Assembly (NCBI GenBank): GCA_964016885.1
Contig: OZ024742.1
Coordinates: 98,146,001 to 98,210,000, forward strand
Length of the DNA: 64,000 bases
Reading direction: 5' to 3'
From: Eledone cirrhosa
Lineage: Eukaryota
A program made the translations under genes and the position numbers. A model generated the notes under the pieces. It was not told the DNA's origin, did not search any database, and saw only the letters and a program-made list of their open reading frames with translations. Shown here piece after piece: positions 12,390 through 25,400 of the stretch. Numbering within the stretch: position 1 is the stretch's first letter; the number at the start of each line of letters is the position of its first letter.

Positions 12390-13203
12390 GAGGTGGGTCA
12401 GAAAAGTTCCAGGACACAAAAGATTTATTTCAAACCCAAACTTCACACTAAGAGTTTTCTCCTTCAAAGTAATCCCCTTGGAGTCTAATGCACTTTCCAT
12501 CCTTTTCTGCCACGCTTGCATGCACTGCTGGAAGTATTCTTCCGGGATCCTCCGCAGTTACGTCGTCACGGCCTTTTTGATATCGTCCACATCTTCAAAA
12601 CGGGTCCCCTCCGGGTCGTACTCGAAGATCCATGGCTCATCACCGGTGATGACTGTCCCTAGCAAGTCTGGTTCAGTTTCAAGACGCTCGAGGATGTCCT
12701 AGCACACTTGCATGTGTCGACCCTTCTGGTCATCGTTCAGCAGTTTTGGCACCATCTTCGCGCAGACTTTCCGCATGTCCAAATCTTCCAGACGTCGTCC
12801 CGATTCATGCCCAGCTCAGTCGAACAGTCAGCCGACAATCGCTACGCACCATTTGCCTGACGCACTCAACGTTGACCTCAGTCCTGGTTGTTGAGGCCCT
12901 TCCGCTCCTGGGGGTCATCTTCCACGTCCTCGCATCCTGCTTTAAACCTCTTCCACCATTCATAAATACGTGAGCGTGACATCATCTCATCTCCATACAT
13001 TTGCTGCAGCAATCCCAGTGCTTCTGACGGAGTTTTCAAGTTTGTTCGTTGCTCCTTGCTCATTGCTTGATCGCTGCAGCGAGCTAAGATTACAGTTACA
13101 TACTCCAGGGGAATACTTTGAAGGAGAAAACTCTTAGTGTGAAGTTTGGGTTTGAAATAAATCTTTTGTGACATCAGTCCTGGAACTTTTCTGATACACC
13201 TCG
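12389..13203 (-). mobile_element. Internally deleted mariner (Tc1/mariner) transposon with TA target duplication and extended TIRs
   Basis: Ends cgaggtgggtcagaaaagttccaggac and gtcctggaacttttctgatacacctcg are flanked by TA; transposase remnants EQRTNLK..YGDEMMSRSRIYEWWKRFKAG, MRKVCAKMVPKLL, VITGDEPWIFEYDPE and RFEDVDDIK..WQKR. Confidence 0.92.
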
Positions 13204-14277
13204 TATATGTGTGTGTGTGGGGGGGGGGGGTATGTGTGTGTGTATATGTGTGTATATATGTATGTATAGGTCATTTGTTGTTGTTTGATGAATGATTTTC
13301 CCCCACTGGCACACGTATAGATTCGCATTCCTTTCTTATTCGATAATGAATCAATTTCGTGCAGAACAGTGCAAATGCAACTATGATAATCTCATTATAT
13401 ATTTCACACACACACACATACATATGTATATATATACTTACGATAGAGTTTATATGTGGATTCTTCAAGTATTAAATACATATAAAATCTATACAAGGGA
13501 CATTATATTTAATACTTTCTCGTTTCTCAAATGCATAAATCTAATGTTCTCTATTCGAACTGTATCCTGTCTTGTAGTTTTTAGTTTTGTTTCTTCCTTT
13601 TAGTATCTCACTGTATCTCACTCATTCTCCCTCTTCTAAATATTCTGTCTCACTCTCTATCTTCATATATATATAGACACACACACATACACACACACAT
13701 ACTTATACATATTCATACAAAATCATAAAAATAACTTTTAAAATGTTAATAATAATTTATATCCAGAAGTATACAAGTGACCATTAAATATTCAACAATA
13801 GAAATAATCTATTGAGCAAAGCAAGAATTATGAGATTATTTATTCTGTATCATATGTCCTAATCGGAATGTTATTTTAAGATAAATCTGTGAAAGAAATG
13901 GTGGAATTTCCATCTTATAAAAATATAATATATACATAATTAAGTGTTTGTAATTCTTGTTCAATCTTTTAATAAGGTTTCGAAATTCTGTCCTTAAGCT
14001 GACAAACAGACAGATACAAATATATTTAAGTCATCAAATAAAAGGGAAAATCGATTCGTTAGCCATTGAAAATCTTGGCTTCTTTTAAGATTTCTTCAAT
14101 TGTTCAGGTGCATGTTTAAGTTGGCTATTGTTATTATTATTATTTTTTTTGTATGTAATTATGTGTACACATGTGTATTTATGTTTATATACATACACTT
14201 AATAACGCATACACTAGCATGCCCCAAAACACAGGCAAATATATATTTTAAAATGTTCAAAGTTAATGCGTATATTG

Positions 14278-14502
<225 letters not shown>

Positions 14503-14742
14503 GGGGCTTACCGGTTTGATATAGAAGTAATTTGATGTATCCGCGCTGACTGGGCAAGCATTTCCATTTTGCTACAAGCTACGATCGGAATCTAAATACA
14601 CTCTTTGTCATTCTGCCATGTGAAATTGGGTTTTTCGATTTTGGAAATTTAAGTCGCAATCCTGTATGCACGACGAACGTTACTAATTATATGCCATATT
14701 TATAGTTTTAATATTTATATATATATATAGAAAGAGAGAGAC

Positions 14743-14785
<43 letters not shown>

Positions 14786-15183
14786 GAGAGTAAGGAAATG
14801 CAAAGTAGTTTATATGTTAAAGTCCTTCATTGATAAGGCAGTGATACGTATTTTGATGACGACAGTGGCCACGTGATTCTTCGTAGCACCTATCAATGAT
14901 CTCATTCAACAGTTTCTTACATAATAAAGTTATAATCAAGAGGTAATCCTAAATTGAAGCGACAAGGGAACGAACAAAACTGATGTCCTTCAAGCGAGTG
15001 TCCACTCCCCTGTGAGGCCAATTCACCACCACAGGTTGCGCAAGCGCAAATGGGGAAGTTGCAGACTAGCTAACCGAATACTACCACAAACAGTAAATTA
15101 GCCCATGAAGTTACCCCCTCGCCCAACGGTCACAGGGTTCATGCAGAGCCAGTTACGATGCTTTTGATTCCAGACTCGGGACA

Positions 15184-15238
15184 GATTGATACAGAACGAA
15201 CCTTGACCTGATCAATAGTGAAACGCGCGTCACCAATC
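15184..15238 (+). ncRNA. Degenerate hammerhead-like motif
   Basis: gattgat a cagaacga accttga cctga tcaatagt GAAA cgcgcg TC accaatc; the palindromic ACGCGCGT stem III is intact but the 5' core is mutated. Confidence 0.4.
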
Positions 15239-16190
15239 ATTAAATGTAATGAAGGCTTAACAAATTGTCCTTGTATTTTTATATTATTATAGTACACTCT
15301 GTCTAGCTCTATATTCGCCAGTGACGGGAAACTAAACATTGAATGAATCTAAGGTAACATACACTACCTGGGTGAACCTACAGTGATTTCAGGTTATAGT
15401 CCCTGGATGCATATATATATATATATATATGTAAAGTGGTGGACTGGCCAGCTTCCCAGGTTGCCCAATGGCAGTAGGCCACAGGGAGCCCACGGTAGCA
15501 TTTCAAGAGCTCACAGTAGCTTTGCAGAGCACACTGTAGTATTTTAGGGGCCAATGTTTTGCTTTCAAAAAATACATGAAATCTAAGAGAAAAAACAACA
15601 TTTATTTTAAAATAAATAAAACAATTAAGCAAAGCATTTGGTCAACTAATTTCCCAGGGAATTACTTGAAACAAAAATATATAATAGTAAAAATAGTTGG
15701 AATCAGTGCTTGTATATTCTACTTAATCAAAATCTTAGTGTATTTATGCATGCAAACATACATTTATAGATACAGACACACAAGCATATATATATATATA
15801 TAAAATATAAAAATTTACATATACATAAAGTCACAGATATATATGTAGCAACCGTTCGCGATGTGGCTCAATGAAGAATTAATAAGTTAAATAATCAGAG
15901 CAATATATCATAAATCATGTCCTTAGAATTATTAGATAAAATATATACAATTTCCTCTCCCAATTAGCATAATTAACCATACAAAAAATCAATTAGACCA
16001 GGCTATAAGAATAAAGGCTCCTATGAAGAAATATTTGATAAATAACCGAAAGCAGCCTCTTCGCGGTTGAGCTCAATAGAGTATTTACCCAACATTTCAA
16101 CAGCATGTAGAAACTGACCAAATATATCGTTAACCATACACAATTAGGTACACATTTAAAGGTCGAAGAAATGTGCACATACCACAATTA

Positions 16191-16268
16191 CATCTCTACC
16201 ATAGTTTCGTTCGTATTTTGAGATATCCTATTAAGGATAAATCTCGAGTATCGAACTCATCAGGAGAT
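16191..16268 (-). ncRNA. Type-I hammerhead ribozyme with extended stem II (family D)
   Basis: Reverse complement reads atctc CTGATGA gttcga...cgaac GAAA ctatgg TA gagatg. Confidence 0.82.
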
Positions 16269-16747
16269 AAACTCAATAGGACAGTTAATTTTCCAAAGCG
16301 ATCGCGCCAGAGATAGATTAAAAAAATTGGCTAAGAATTGTGACGTGGCAGTGGTCAAGTTAGAAAGAATGTGATTAGTATAGTTAATTATGCTAATTGG
16401 GAGAGGACATTTTATATATTTTATCTAATAATTCTAAGGACATGATTTATGATATATTGCTCTGATTATTTAAATTATTAATTCTTCACTGAGCCACATC
16501 GTGAACGGTTGCTACATATATATGTGTGACTTTATGTATATGTAAATCTTTATATTTTATAATCTCCCGTTGGGTTGAGATGCAATTTGGGCGATATTGG
16601 GCTGCGCTTTCTAGCAACCAGCCTACTCGCCGTAAGCACCTAATCACATTCTTTCTAACTTGACTACTGCCACGTCACGATTCTTAGCCATTTTTTGAAT
16701 CTCTTTCTGGCGCTATCGCTTTGGAAAATGAACTGTTCTATTGAGTT

Positions 16748-16826
16748 CGTCTCCTGATGAGTTCGGTACTCGAGATTTATCCTTAATAGGATATCTCAAA
16801 ATACGAACGAAACCATGGTAGAGATG
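16748..16826 (+). ncRNA. Type-I hammerhead ribozyme with a 48-nt stem II (family D)
   Basis: cgtctc CTGATGA gttcg-gtactcgagatttatcct taat aggatatctcaaaata-cgaac GAAA ccatgg TA gagatg; fully canonical core, palindromic ACCATGGT, predicted cleavage after 16820. Confidence 0.9.
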
Positions 16827-17119
16827 TAATTGCGGTATGTGCACATTTCTTCTAACTTTAAATTTGTACCTAATTGTGTATGGTTGACGATATATTTGGT
16901 CAGTTTCTACATGCTGTTGAAATGTTGGGTAAATACTCTATTGTGCTCAACCGCGAAGAGGCTGCTTTCGGTTATTTATCAACTATTTCTTCATGGGAGC
17001 CTTTATTCTTATAGCCTGGTCTAATTGATTTTTTGTATGGTTAATTATGCTAATTGGGAGAGGAAATTGTATATATTTTATCTAATGATTCTAAGGACAT
17101 GATTTATGATATATATATA

Positions 17120-17308
17120 TATAGTAATAATAATACATTTGAAGACTAAAATTCAAAGAGGGCTCGATAAAGATAAATATATATCAAATATATAAGAACC
17201 CTAGAGCAAATATTTATTAAAATAACAGATTAAAGTTTAAGCAAATAATCGCGAAGGGTGAAAGCAGCGATTCTTTGCTTATACTTTAATCTGTTATTTT
17301 AATAAATA
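17120..17308. repeat. Repeat-family fragment with a fold-back hairpin at 17211-17308; longer copy at 18338-18500
   Basis: tatttattaaaataacagattaaag...gcaaa..aatcgc pairs with gcgattctttgc...ctttaatctgttattttaataaata. The 18461-18495 minus strand reads CAGAAGA t ccc gttaa ggg t GAAA gc, which is HHR-like. Confidence 0.6.
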
Positions 17309-17489
17309 AATTTATATATATATATATTTATATACAAATGAATATATGAGGGATGAACATCTATACAATTATAGAAGTATTCGGATTGCAAATGACCAAG
17401 TTAGCTAGGTTGAAAAAATACTAATTTAACATAATATGGTTTGCCTGTCTCGATTTAAAATAATAAATCAATAAAAATAACAAACCTAT

Positions 17490-17682
17490 ATTGGCAATCT
17501 TGCTCTGGAAACCTGACTCCAGCCTGACTAGGTGTAGGAAGCTGTCATTCCCTGACGTTATCTCTAGGGATACGGGAATCAGTAGACAGGACCTGGGGGC
17601 GGCGATGGGGGACAGGGAATTCTGGGGCATGAGAGTGAGATCCATCATCTGGACAGTAGTCGACGAATGATGATGATGATGA
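17490..17682 (+). mobile_element. RTE-like LINE 3' end with (TGA)n tail
   Basis: LLWKPDSSLTRCRKLSFPDVISRDTGISRQDLGAAMGDREFW...* followed by tgatgatgatgatg. Confidence 0.7.
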
Positions 17683-17890
17683 TATTGGCAATGGACGTGA
17701 TACCTGGACAAACCTTAAATCTGTTTGACAAATTTTAAAATTTGTTTCGCAACAATTAAGTGAAAGTTACTATTCCTGTGCTCGTCTGCAGGTATCCAGA
17801 AATTGGTACCTTCCACTTCAAAATACTTAAGAAGACTGAGAAACATGTGTTGTTGAACAGTAGAGCACTCTGTCCATGGGACGTGTTTGG

Positions 17891-18030
17891 TAGAAGTAGT
17901 AAGACAACAGTTAGTTCACCTTACCGAGAACAATTTCACCTTATGCGGATCTTCAGTCCGAGCTGGAGATCCGCATAAGGTGAAACAATTGTTCTCGGTA
18001 CGGTGAACTAATTGTTGTGCTACTACTTCT
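17891..18030. repeat. About 140-bp fold-back palindrome made of two divergent HHR copies
   Basis: tagaagtagt...ccttatgcggatcttcag tccgag ctggagatccgcataagg...actacttcta. Confidence 0.85.
17958..17998 (+). ncRNA. Minimal hammerhead ribozyme (family E); mirror copy at 17924-17960 on the minus strand
   Basis: ccgag CTGGAGA t cc gcataa gg t GAAA caattg TT ctcgg; the mirror copy has canonical CTGAAGA; palindromic ACAATTGT stem III. Confidence 0.72.
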
Positions 18031-18069
18031 ATATATATAGATATATAGATATAGACACACAGACAGACA

Positions 18070-18168
<99 letters not shown>

Positions 18169-18175
18169 ACACACA

Positions 18176-18233
<58 letters not shown>

Positions 18234-18281
18234 CATACACACACCCACACACATACACACACCCACGCGCGCGGGCGCATG

Positions 18282-18339
<58 letters not shown>

Positions 18340-18586
18340 GTAATAATAATAAATTTGAAAACTAAAATCCAAAGAGGGCTCGATAAGGATAAATATATAT
18401 CAAATATATAAGAACCGTAGAACAAATAGTTATTAAAATAACAGATTAAACTTTAAGCAAAGAATCGCTGCTTTCACCCTTAACGGGATCTTCTGAAACT
18501 AACACAGTCAATCTGTGAACGCAGAAGTGAATATTTCAAAAAACGTTACAACCGGAGGAAGACAGGAAGACGATACTTTGGTCCGT

Positions 18587-18810
18587 GGAAACGTTCCCTG
18601 GCAAAGAACAGGAATATAATACGTCATTATTACGAGCGGTGAAAAACAATTACACGCAAAGACAAAACCACGTTAATGGTATAAAAGAAGTCGTAGAGAC
18701 GTTCTCTGGCAATGAACGGAAAAAACGAAGATAATACGTCATATGTGGATCGGGGAGAACAATTACACGCAAAGACAAAACCACGTAAATGGTATAACTG
18801 AAGTCGTAGA
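18587..18810. repeat. About 110-bp imperfect tandem duplication
   Basis: acgttc.ctggcaa...ataatacgtcat...aacaattacacgcaaagacaaaaccacgt.aatggtataa..gaagtcgtaga occurs twice. Confidence 0.85.
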
Positions 18811-19479
18811 CTAAAATTTTAACTAGGAAACCGAATGATTCTCGGCTTCAGAGTTAAGAATAAAGTAAATAAAATACAGAGGTCCTTGAAATTAAATAAA
18901 TACATACACGCATCCATATACGTACATACACAAGCATACGCGAAAACACTCGCCATAGGTATACAAATACACGCATATACACAAAAAAAACGCACGCACA
19001 TACAGAACCGACGCAACACCTGTTCCCGCTCGCATACCAATGTATACACACATAAGAATATATATAAAGAAAATATACATATATATATGTGTGTGTGTGC
19101 GTGTATACATATAATTAAATAAACGTATATAAATAAATAAACACGTATATAACAAGCGCACACACATACCTACATGTAAATACACATATGTTCGGAGACT
19201 TACGTCAACCAAAACAGAAAGTACACATATAAACACACCCTACATACGTACGAACCTGCATACTCATAAAGACGCAAAACTCACGTATACACATAACCAA
19301 AAGCATATGTACCAGAATAGATAATATATACGCCATAACATATACAATCAAAGATACGTATGAGAAAGTATACGTACCTTGACAGAACATACAGGTTATA
19401 TATACTTACCTATACAAATACGTAATAGTATAAACATAACATATACTTAGCTACCACATCAAGACGTAAAATATCCGCG

Positions 19480-19645
19480 TAGGCAATTTAGCGATCTCTC
19501 TCTATAATTCTTAGTCTTTCTTTGTTTAGATAGATACATACATATAACGTCGCGCCCTTATAATATCTGTCTGTATGTCTGGCTGTCTGCATTACGTCAC
19601 TTCCTACAAATCGCTCTGCGTCCAAAAAACACACGCCCTTATAAT
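19480..19645 (+). mobile_element. Internal fragment of the Lep1-like Helitron family
   Basis: Closely similar to 21917-22070 (tctataattcttagtc...acatataacgtcgcgcccttataatatctgtc...cgctctgcgtccaaaa). Confidence 0.7.
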
Positions 19646-19661
19646 ATATATATATATATAT

Positions 19662-19731
<70 letters not shown>

Positions 19732-19920
19732 TATTATATATATTATATTTATTATGATATATATATTATATATATTATATATATTATATATATTATATAT
19801 ATATTATATATATTATATATATATAATATATATTATATATATTATATATATATTATATATATTATATATATTATATATATTATATATATATAATATATAT
19901 AATATATATATATATATATA

Positions 19921-19954
<34 letters not shown>

Positions 19955-20557
19955 AATACATATATATATTGAGTGAGTGTGAAAGAGCAAAGGTCATTAT
20001 TGAAAGTCTCCGGATTTCACAAAATCTACTTTTATATATAACCAGCAATTTCTCAGTCTGTCTGTCCGACAGTGGAAACACGTGCGTAGAGAGAGAGTGA
20101 GAGTGAAAGAAAGAGACAGACTACGAGAGGGGGATAGCGGGAGGGAGAGAGAGAGAGAGTGAATAGACGCTAAAACACGTGCTACAGAAATATTACCCTC
20201 CCCTTTCTTTATAGAAACATTACCTTCCCCTTTCCACTGACTTTGGTCACTGAGGCCGAGGGAATCGCTGGTTGCTATAGAGACACCTTGCACAAGCCAG
20301 AAGTAACCAGTTCGAGGCGGTTCTGACTTGACACCATGCGAAGAAGGTTGCCATTGAATTTGTGGTTGTTGCTGCTGATAATAAGAACCATTTGAAGAAG
20401 GTTGCTGCTGATGAGGTAATTTATTAATCAGATTGTGCAGTTCCATAACCTACGTTTGATTTGTTCAATTTTTTTCTTTAATTTTTGTTGTTGTTTTTTT
20501 TTTATTTCTTATTGAAAAAATATAAATAATAAAATAAGGTTAGAAATTTAAATACAA

Positions 20558-21520
20558 CTAGCAGTAAAGCCCGGCGTTGCTCGGGGTCGCTCAGTAGCTG
20601 TGTTAAAGTTACAATGTTAAGTTTCTTTCTTGGCTTAAAAACTGTAGTGTCTACTGTGCAGACTTGCATGTGGTGTTTTTGATTAATATTCCCTCAACCA
20701 ACAATATGCCTTATGAAGTTAAGAAAACATAACGATAACCCGAATGTTATAACAAAAGAGGATGCTAGGGATAGAAACTGCACTGGTTATTTATTAACAA
20801 AGATCGAAAATATAAACACTGCAACGCAGAGAAAAACATTAGCGTAACCAAATTATCAGTTATGTCTGTCTGCACGCCTATATCACCTCTCTGCACGACT
20901 GTCTGTCTGCACGCCTATATCACCTCTCTGCACGACTGTCTGTCTGCACGCCTATATCACCTCTCTGCACGACTGTCTGTCTGCACGCCTATATCACCTC
21001 TCTGCACGACTGTCTGTCTGCACGACTGTCTGTCTGCACGACTGTCTGTCTGCACGCCTAACGACGAAATATTTGCTTGTTTTACGTAGTCTTTAAATAG
21101 ACTTGTTTTCAAGTAAAAATATTGTTTTAAAATGCTTTTAAATGGAAATGAAGCAAAACGGAAGCTTAGTGTTCGAACTGATGAATTTTGCAGGTCAATA
21201 TTTTGCTGGCTTGACAACTGTTCGTGTATTGTGTTAATGTCATTTTAAACGCTGAGAAAGCCAGCGTAATTTTTTTACGTAAGACGCTCAATGTAAACAG
21301 AACAAAGGGAAATAACTGATAACTTACGCTCAAAAATCGATACATTATATTCGATTTCGTCACATAGGGTGGGTCAATTTGAAATATTTTTTCCGATGTC
21401 TTCGCTAGGGCTCAATGTACAAGTATAGCAATTTCAGTGCAATTCCGTCAGAGATTCTAAGAGGAGATGTGTGCCAAAAATCGATAGACAGACAGACAAC
21501 CACAGTTTTATATATATAGA
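20558..21520 (-). mobile_element. Complete Lep1-like non-autonomous Helitron containing a 37-bp minisatellite
   Basis: Minus strand starts A|TCTATATATATAAAACTGTGGTTGTCTGTCTG and ends ccgagcaacgccggg..CTAG|T, an A/T insertion site without TSD. Confidence 0.85.
20863..21058. repeat. 37-bp minisatellite x4 plus 15-bp sub-repeats
   Basis: tgtctgtctgcacgcctatatcacctctctgcacgac starts at 20863, 20900, 20937 and 20974. Confidence 0.95.
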
Positions 21521-21738
21521 TTAAATACGATTTAATTTCCATTTCCAGAAGCCAATGTCCTGTATTCAATTTCATAAAAAAATTGGAAATAATTCAAAAA
21601 ATTGAAGTTTAACTTTTAAACATTTGTTTTGACAATAAAAAAATATTTCCTTATTCACACATAATGGTATGATTAAAATTTCAGTATATACACTAGATTT
21701 GCTAGCAGAAAACCGCCCACCGGGTGGTTTTCTGCTAG

Positions 21739-22330
21739 TCTATATATATAAAACTGAGGATGTCTGTCTGTGTGTGTGTGAGTTTGAATCCCTAAAACTA
21801 GAGAACCACCGAACCGGCTGTTTTCAAACTTTACACATGTAATTCTTATGTTTCAGGGGGAGTGATCTGAGCAAAAACAAATTCAAATTTTCAATGCCCT
21901 AGGGACCTTATTAAGCGATTTAGCAATTTCTTTCTATAATTCTTAGTCGTCTCTTTTTAGATAGATGCATACATATAACGTCGCGCCCTTATAATATCTG
22001 TCGGTATGTCTGCTTCTCTGCATTATGTCACATCCTACAATTCGCTCTGCGTCCAAAACACGCCCTTATTATATCTGTCTGTATGTCTGGCTGTTTGCTG
22101 CCTCCGGTTATTCAGCCACCCTTGCTCAAGACAAATCTCACACTCATTCCCCAAACAGTTGGTAAGAGCACACAACTTATTTCTCACGTTTTAAGCCACA
22201 GTGTTGCTTACTTACGTATCACCAGACCCTTACTTCTTTTCCAGCCGTGGATGAGGCAATACTAAGCTTAGCTAAGGCGGTTATATATTTCACAATAACT
22301 TATCCGTGCAACGCTGGGTACCACTGTTAG
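21739..22330 (+). mobile_element. Lep1-like non-autonomous Helitron
   Basis: Starts TCTATATATATAAAACTGAGGATGTCTGTCTG and ends ccgtgcaacgctggg..TTAG|T. Confidence 0.8.
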
Positions 22331-22334
22331 TACA

Positions 22335-23135
22335 TGATATTTTTATTGGACAAGGTAAGATATTTTTGGGCCAAAATTTGATTGGACTGTTTTGTTTCCA
22401 CTTATGTATTTTTTGAAAATGTTATTTATTCATTATAAAAATTAAATTATAGAATTATATATGTAGGTGGGCCCCTTCATCTGGCAACCAATATATTTAG
22501 TCAAAGTGCGCCACTGTATATATATACATATATATATAATGCCAATTATGGTAGTTGGAATCTAACGGACATGCAAACATATTTATATAGGAATAAGGTA
22601 AGCCGAAATCATAGTAGATTCATATATCACAGAGAGAAAGAAAGGGAGTGAGATAGAGGGAGGGGGGGGGATAAATGAGGGGCAACAGAAATGAAACATG
22701 GATTACAGGTTAAAATGTAGTCTAGACGTGAAGCATAACGAGGATGAAGTTTATGGAAGAACTAAATGATTTAGAAGTCGACATTAAGTAGCAGCAATAA
22801 CATTAAGAAAGACACGAATAATACCACAACACTTTGTTTTGAAAATTTTGAAAGTAGGTTTATAAATGAATTTTCATAAGGTCTTTGTAATTGGCTCTGT
22901 GGCCTAGCGGTAGGTAATAGAGACGCTGGAGATCTTGACCATTTGTTCAAACCTGATCAAGAGGAACATATAACATTTTTCAGTTTATATTTTACAACCC
23001 ATAGAAAACAACTGAAAAGGTTTATCGGGAGCCTGCTCCCGACCAGGATATAACTTCACACCAGCATCACCACCGTCTATGCTTCCTCCAACTAGGCAGA
23101 GTATACTGAAAACTGATAATTATAAACCTACTTGA
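22335..23135 (-). mobile_element. Composite repeat with two convergent tRNA-like modules; related copy at 28195-28950 in the opposite orientation
   Basis: Blocks 22340-22517, 22715-22965 and 23030-23133 match the reverse complements of 28197-28380, 28680-28930 and 28498-28616. Confidence 0.65.
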
Positions 23136-23211
23136 TATATATATATATATCAAATTAAAAAAAATGGTTTTAAAGACTCACGATAATCCCCTATAATTTA
23201 ATTAGCTCAAG

Positions 23212-23540
23212 GAATAGAGAAACTTATTCAAAGGGGTATGTGTTCAATTATAGGGGATAGAATACCACCAGAGTGAAAAACATATTGTCAAGGAAAGGAA
23301 TCGAGAATACATATCAATTAAAAGAATAGATAAGTCCACCTTTTGATAAGCCTTCTGCAATATGAAATCTATTTGAGCGTGTCCAGGTTTTATAATTATA
23401 TACGGATCGCTTGTAAATTTTGATTTAATCCTGTAATTAATATGTATTCTCCATTCCATTCGTAGACAATATGTTTTAACTCTGGTGGTATTCTATCACT
23501 TACCATTGAACACTTACCTCTTTGTGTACTTTTCTCTATA
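23212..23540. repeat. About 75-bp inverted repeats around a possible PLE RT remnant
   Basis: gatagaataccaccagagt.aaaacatattgtc pairs with gacaatatgttttaactctggtggtattctatc; the minus-strand spacer reads DPYIIIKP, like the PLE IIKPADKG motif. Confidence 0.55.
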
Positions 23541-23586
23541 TACTCTCTTATATATATATATATATATATATATAAAGCGGAACAGT

Positions 23587-23636
23587 GAGCTGTACTGATG
23601 AAGGGTGATACCCAGAAACATTAGTGTCTGCAGTTC
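23587..23636 (+). ncRNA. Minimal type-I hammerhead ribozyme (family F)
   Basis: gagctgta CTGATGA a gggt gat accc a GAAA cattagtg TC tgcagttc; 8-bp stem I with G-U pairs and a GUC cleavage triplet. Confidence 0.78.
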
Positions 23637-24239
23637 TGTTCGCATGCCAACACAAGAGCAAGACTGATGTGTTCATTCTACTGACATGGCTATACAATTG
23701 AGGCTTGTTTGCAAAATTGCAAACGAATTGAATGTTATTATTAACATTCGAAAAACTCAGATTACATTTATATATATATATATTTATGCGTATCTGTGTG
23801 TGTCTCCTCATGTTTTCATTGCCGGGATAGGGGTAAGCCTGAGAATCTGCAATCTCATAAATATGCCCCAATCAGATTGCGTCACATACAGACACTTCAA
23901 GCTGAGCACATGGTCTTCTCTTGTGGGAGATATTCTGAACAGACAAGGAGAAAGTGCAATGCTGAATTACTAGCACCTTAAGACCAGTTGCTTTGAATAG
24001 ACAGAACTCGTCAGTCTTGGGTGGCAGGCTATTTGGAAAGGGGCAACTGATTTTTACACCGGACTAAAAGGCATTTTGTTGTCATAGTTATGACAAACCA
24101 ACTCTGTGCAGTAACCACAGAAACCTTCTGGTTTGTGTCAGGGCACACTGGAAGAGAAGTGCATCAAGCTGTTCGGGCATTCTTTAAAAAAAAGAATCTA
24201 TGAATCGAAACATGCTGTTTACATAATTACTGCAAATAT

Positions 24240-25400
24240 TGTTTATGGATATACTTTAAGCATTTAATAGGGTTGATTGATGAGTTGTAATATTATGTAG
24301 ACCGGTCAATTCTGACACCTAAAATTTGATTTCTTTTACATTCGCTTCTTTGATAATATAGAATTCAAATGATTTTGAAAAAGAGTTGTTTTCCTAGGAT
24401 TCTATCAGTCCTTTGGATTGCTATTATATAAATATCACTGTATATTTAAATTGTATCCATTTATGCTTATTTTCTTTATTACTGTATCGATTATATAGTA
24501 AATTCTTCTCATTAGAGCATCTAAATTTAATACAATTAATTTTCCCTTATTTCCCGATTGTATTTTGACCTTATATTGGATTGTATTATTTCATACATTT
24601 TAGCGATTAATTTGAGATTGGAATAATTCCTTTATATTGTGCTCTTACCCACGTTTTGCTACCTAACTTTTCTTCTTATATCTACATACTCATATCTGTT
24701 AATTATAAAAATGTATGCTTCTAACCTATTTCTTAATATATTTCGCATTAAATATGCGTCAAATGAATTAACATTTCACTTTTAGTTCCTTAAAATATCC
24801 GTTACACTCCTTCATTAGCACCAGCATTCACAACTTTCCCGAGTAACTATTTTATATTTTAAATATATTCCCTTTTAAATTCTCCATTATATTAATTATT
24901 TTCAATTTCTATACGTCCATAATATACTTTATATTATTGTTTCTATTGGGTTTATTTTATTATATTGTATTTTATTCTTTTACTACAAACCTAATATCCT
25001 AATTTAGTCTGTTTCCGAATGTTACTCCATATATACATACACATAAACATAATATTAATAGGAAAAAATGAAAAGAAAACATTAAATTCTCAATTTACCC
25101 TTACTTAACTATTTTATTGTATGTTATTTCATTTCATTAATTTAATTTATCTTTCAGTGACTTTATTCAATTTATTTTTCCTTTGATATTCAATTTATTT
25201 TTATTTCTCTTCCTTGTTTAACTTTTTAATATCTCAATCTTTTATTTTATTATTTCTTTTATATTTTTCATTGTTGCTTTTAAAAATTCCTAATAAAATG
25301 TTAAATATTTGTCTATAATTTATCTATTACGATACATAGTGTTTCAACAATACACAAATGTTATCCAAATCCTTATTTTGCATATTTTGAGAAATCATTT
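24240..25400 (-). mobile_element. Possible very degraded AT-rich PLE RT region
   Basis: Only weak remnants, such as a TI..xKG-like motif near 24545; no open frame. Confidence 0.25.

Larger units (their letters stand above)
15812..17115. mobile_element. ORF-less HHR element: one minus-strand unit, a partial plus 3' end and a plus-strand unit (inverted plus tandem pLTR architecture)
   Basis: 15905-16378 is the reverse complement of about 16640-17112; 15812-15977 is the reverse complement of 16384-16560; each long unit has an HHR. Confidence 0.85.

Noticed and set aside
19997-20446. 149-aa Gln-rich ORF and an X-box-like gttgctatagagac
   Set aside because: The ORF runs into a (GA)n repeat, has no recognisable domain or splice context, and a single short motif can arise by chance
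20863-21058. 37-bp repeats resembling a CRISPR array
   Set aside because: The units are contiguous with no unique spacers, in a eukaryotic Helitron context
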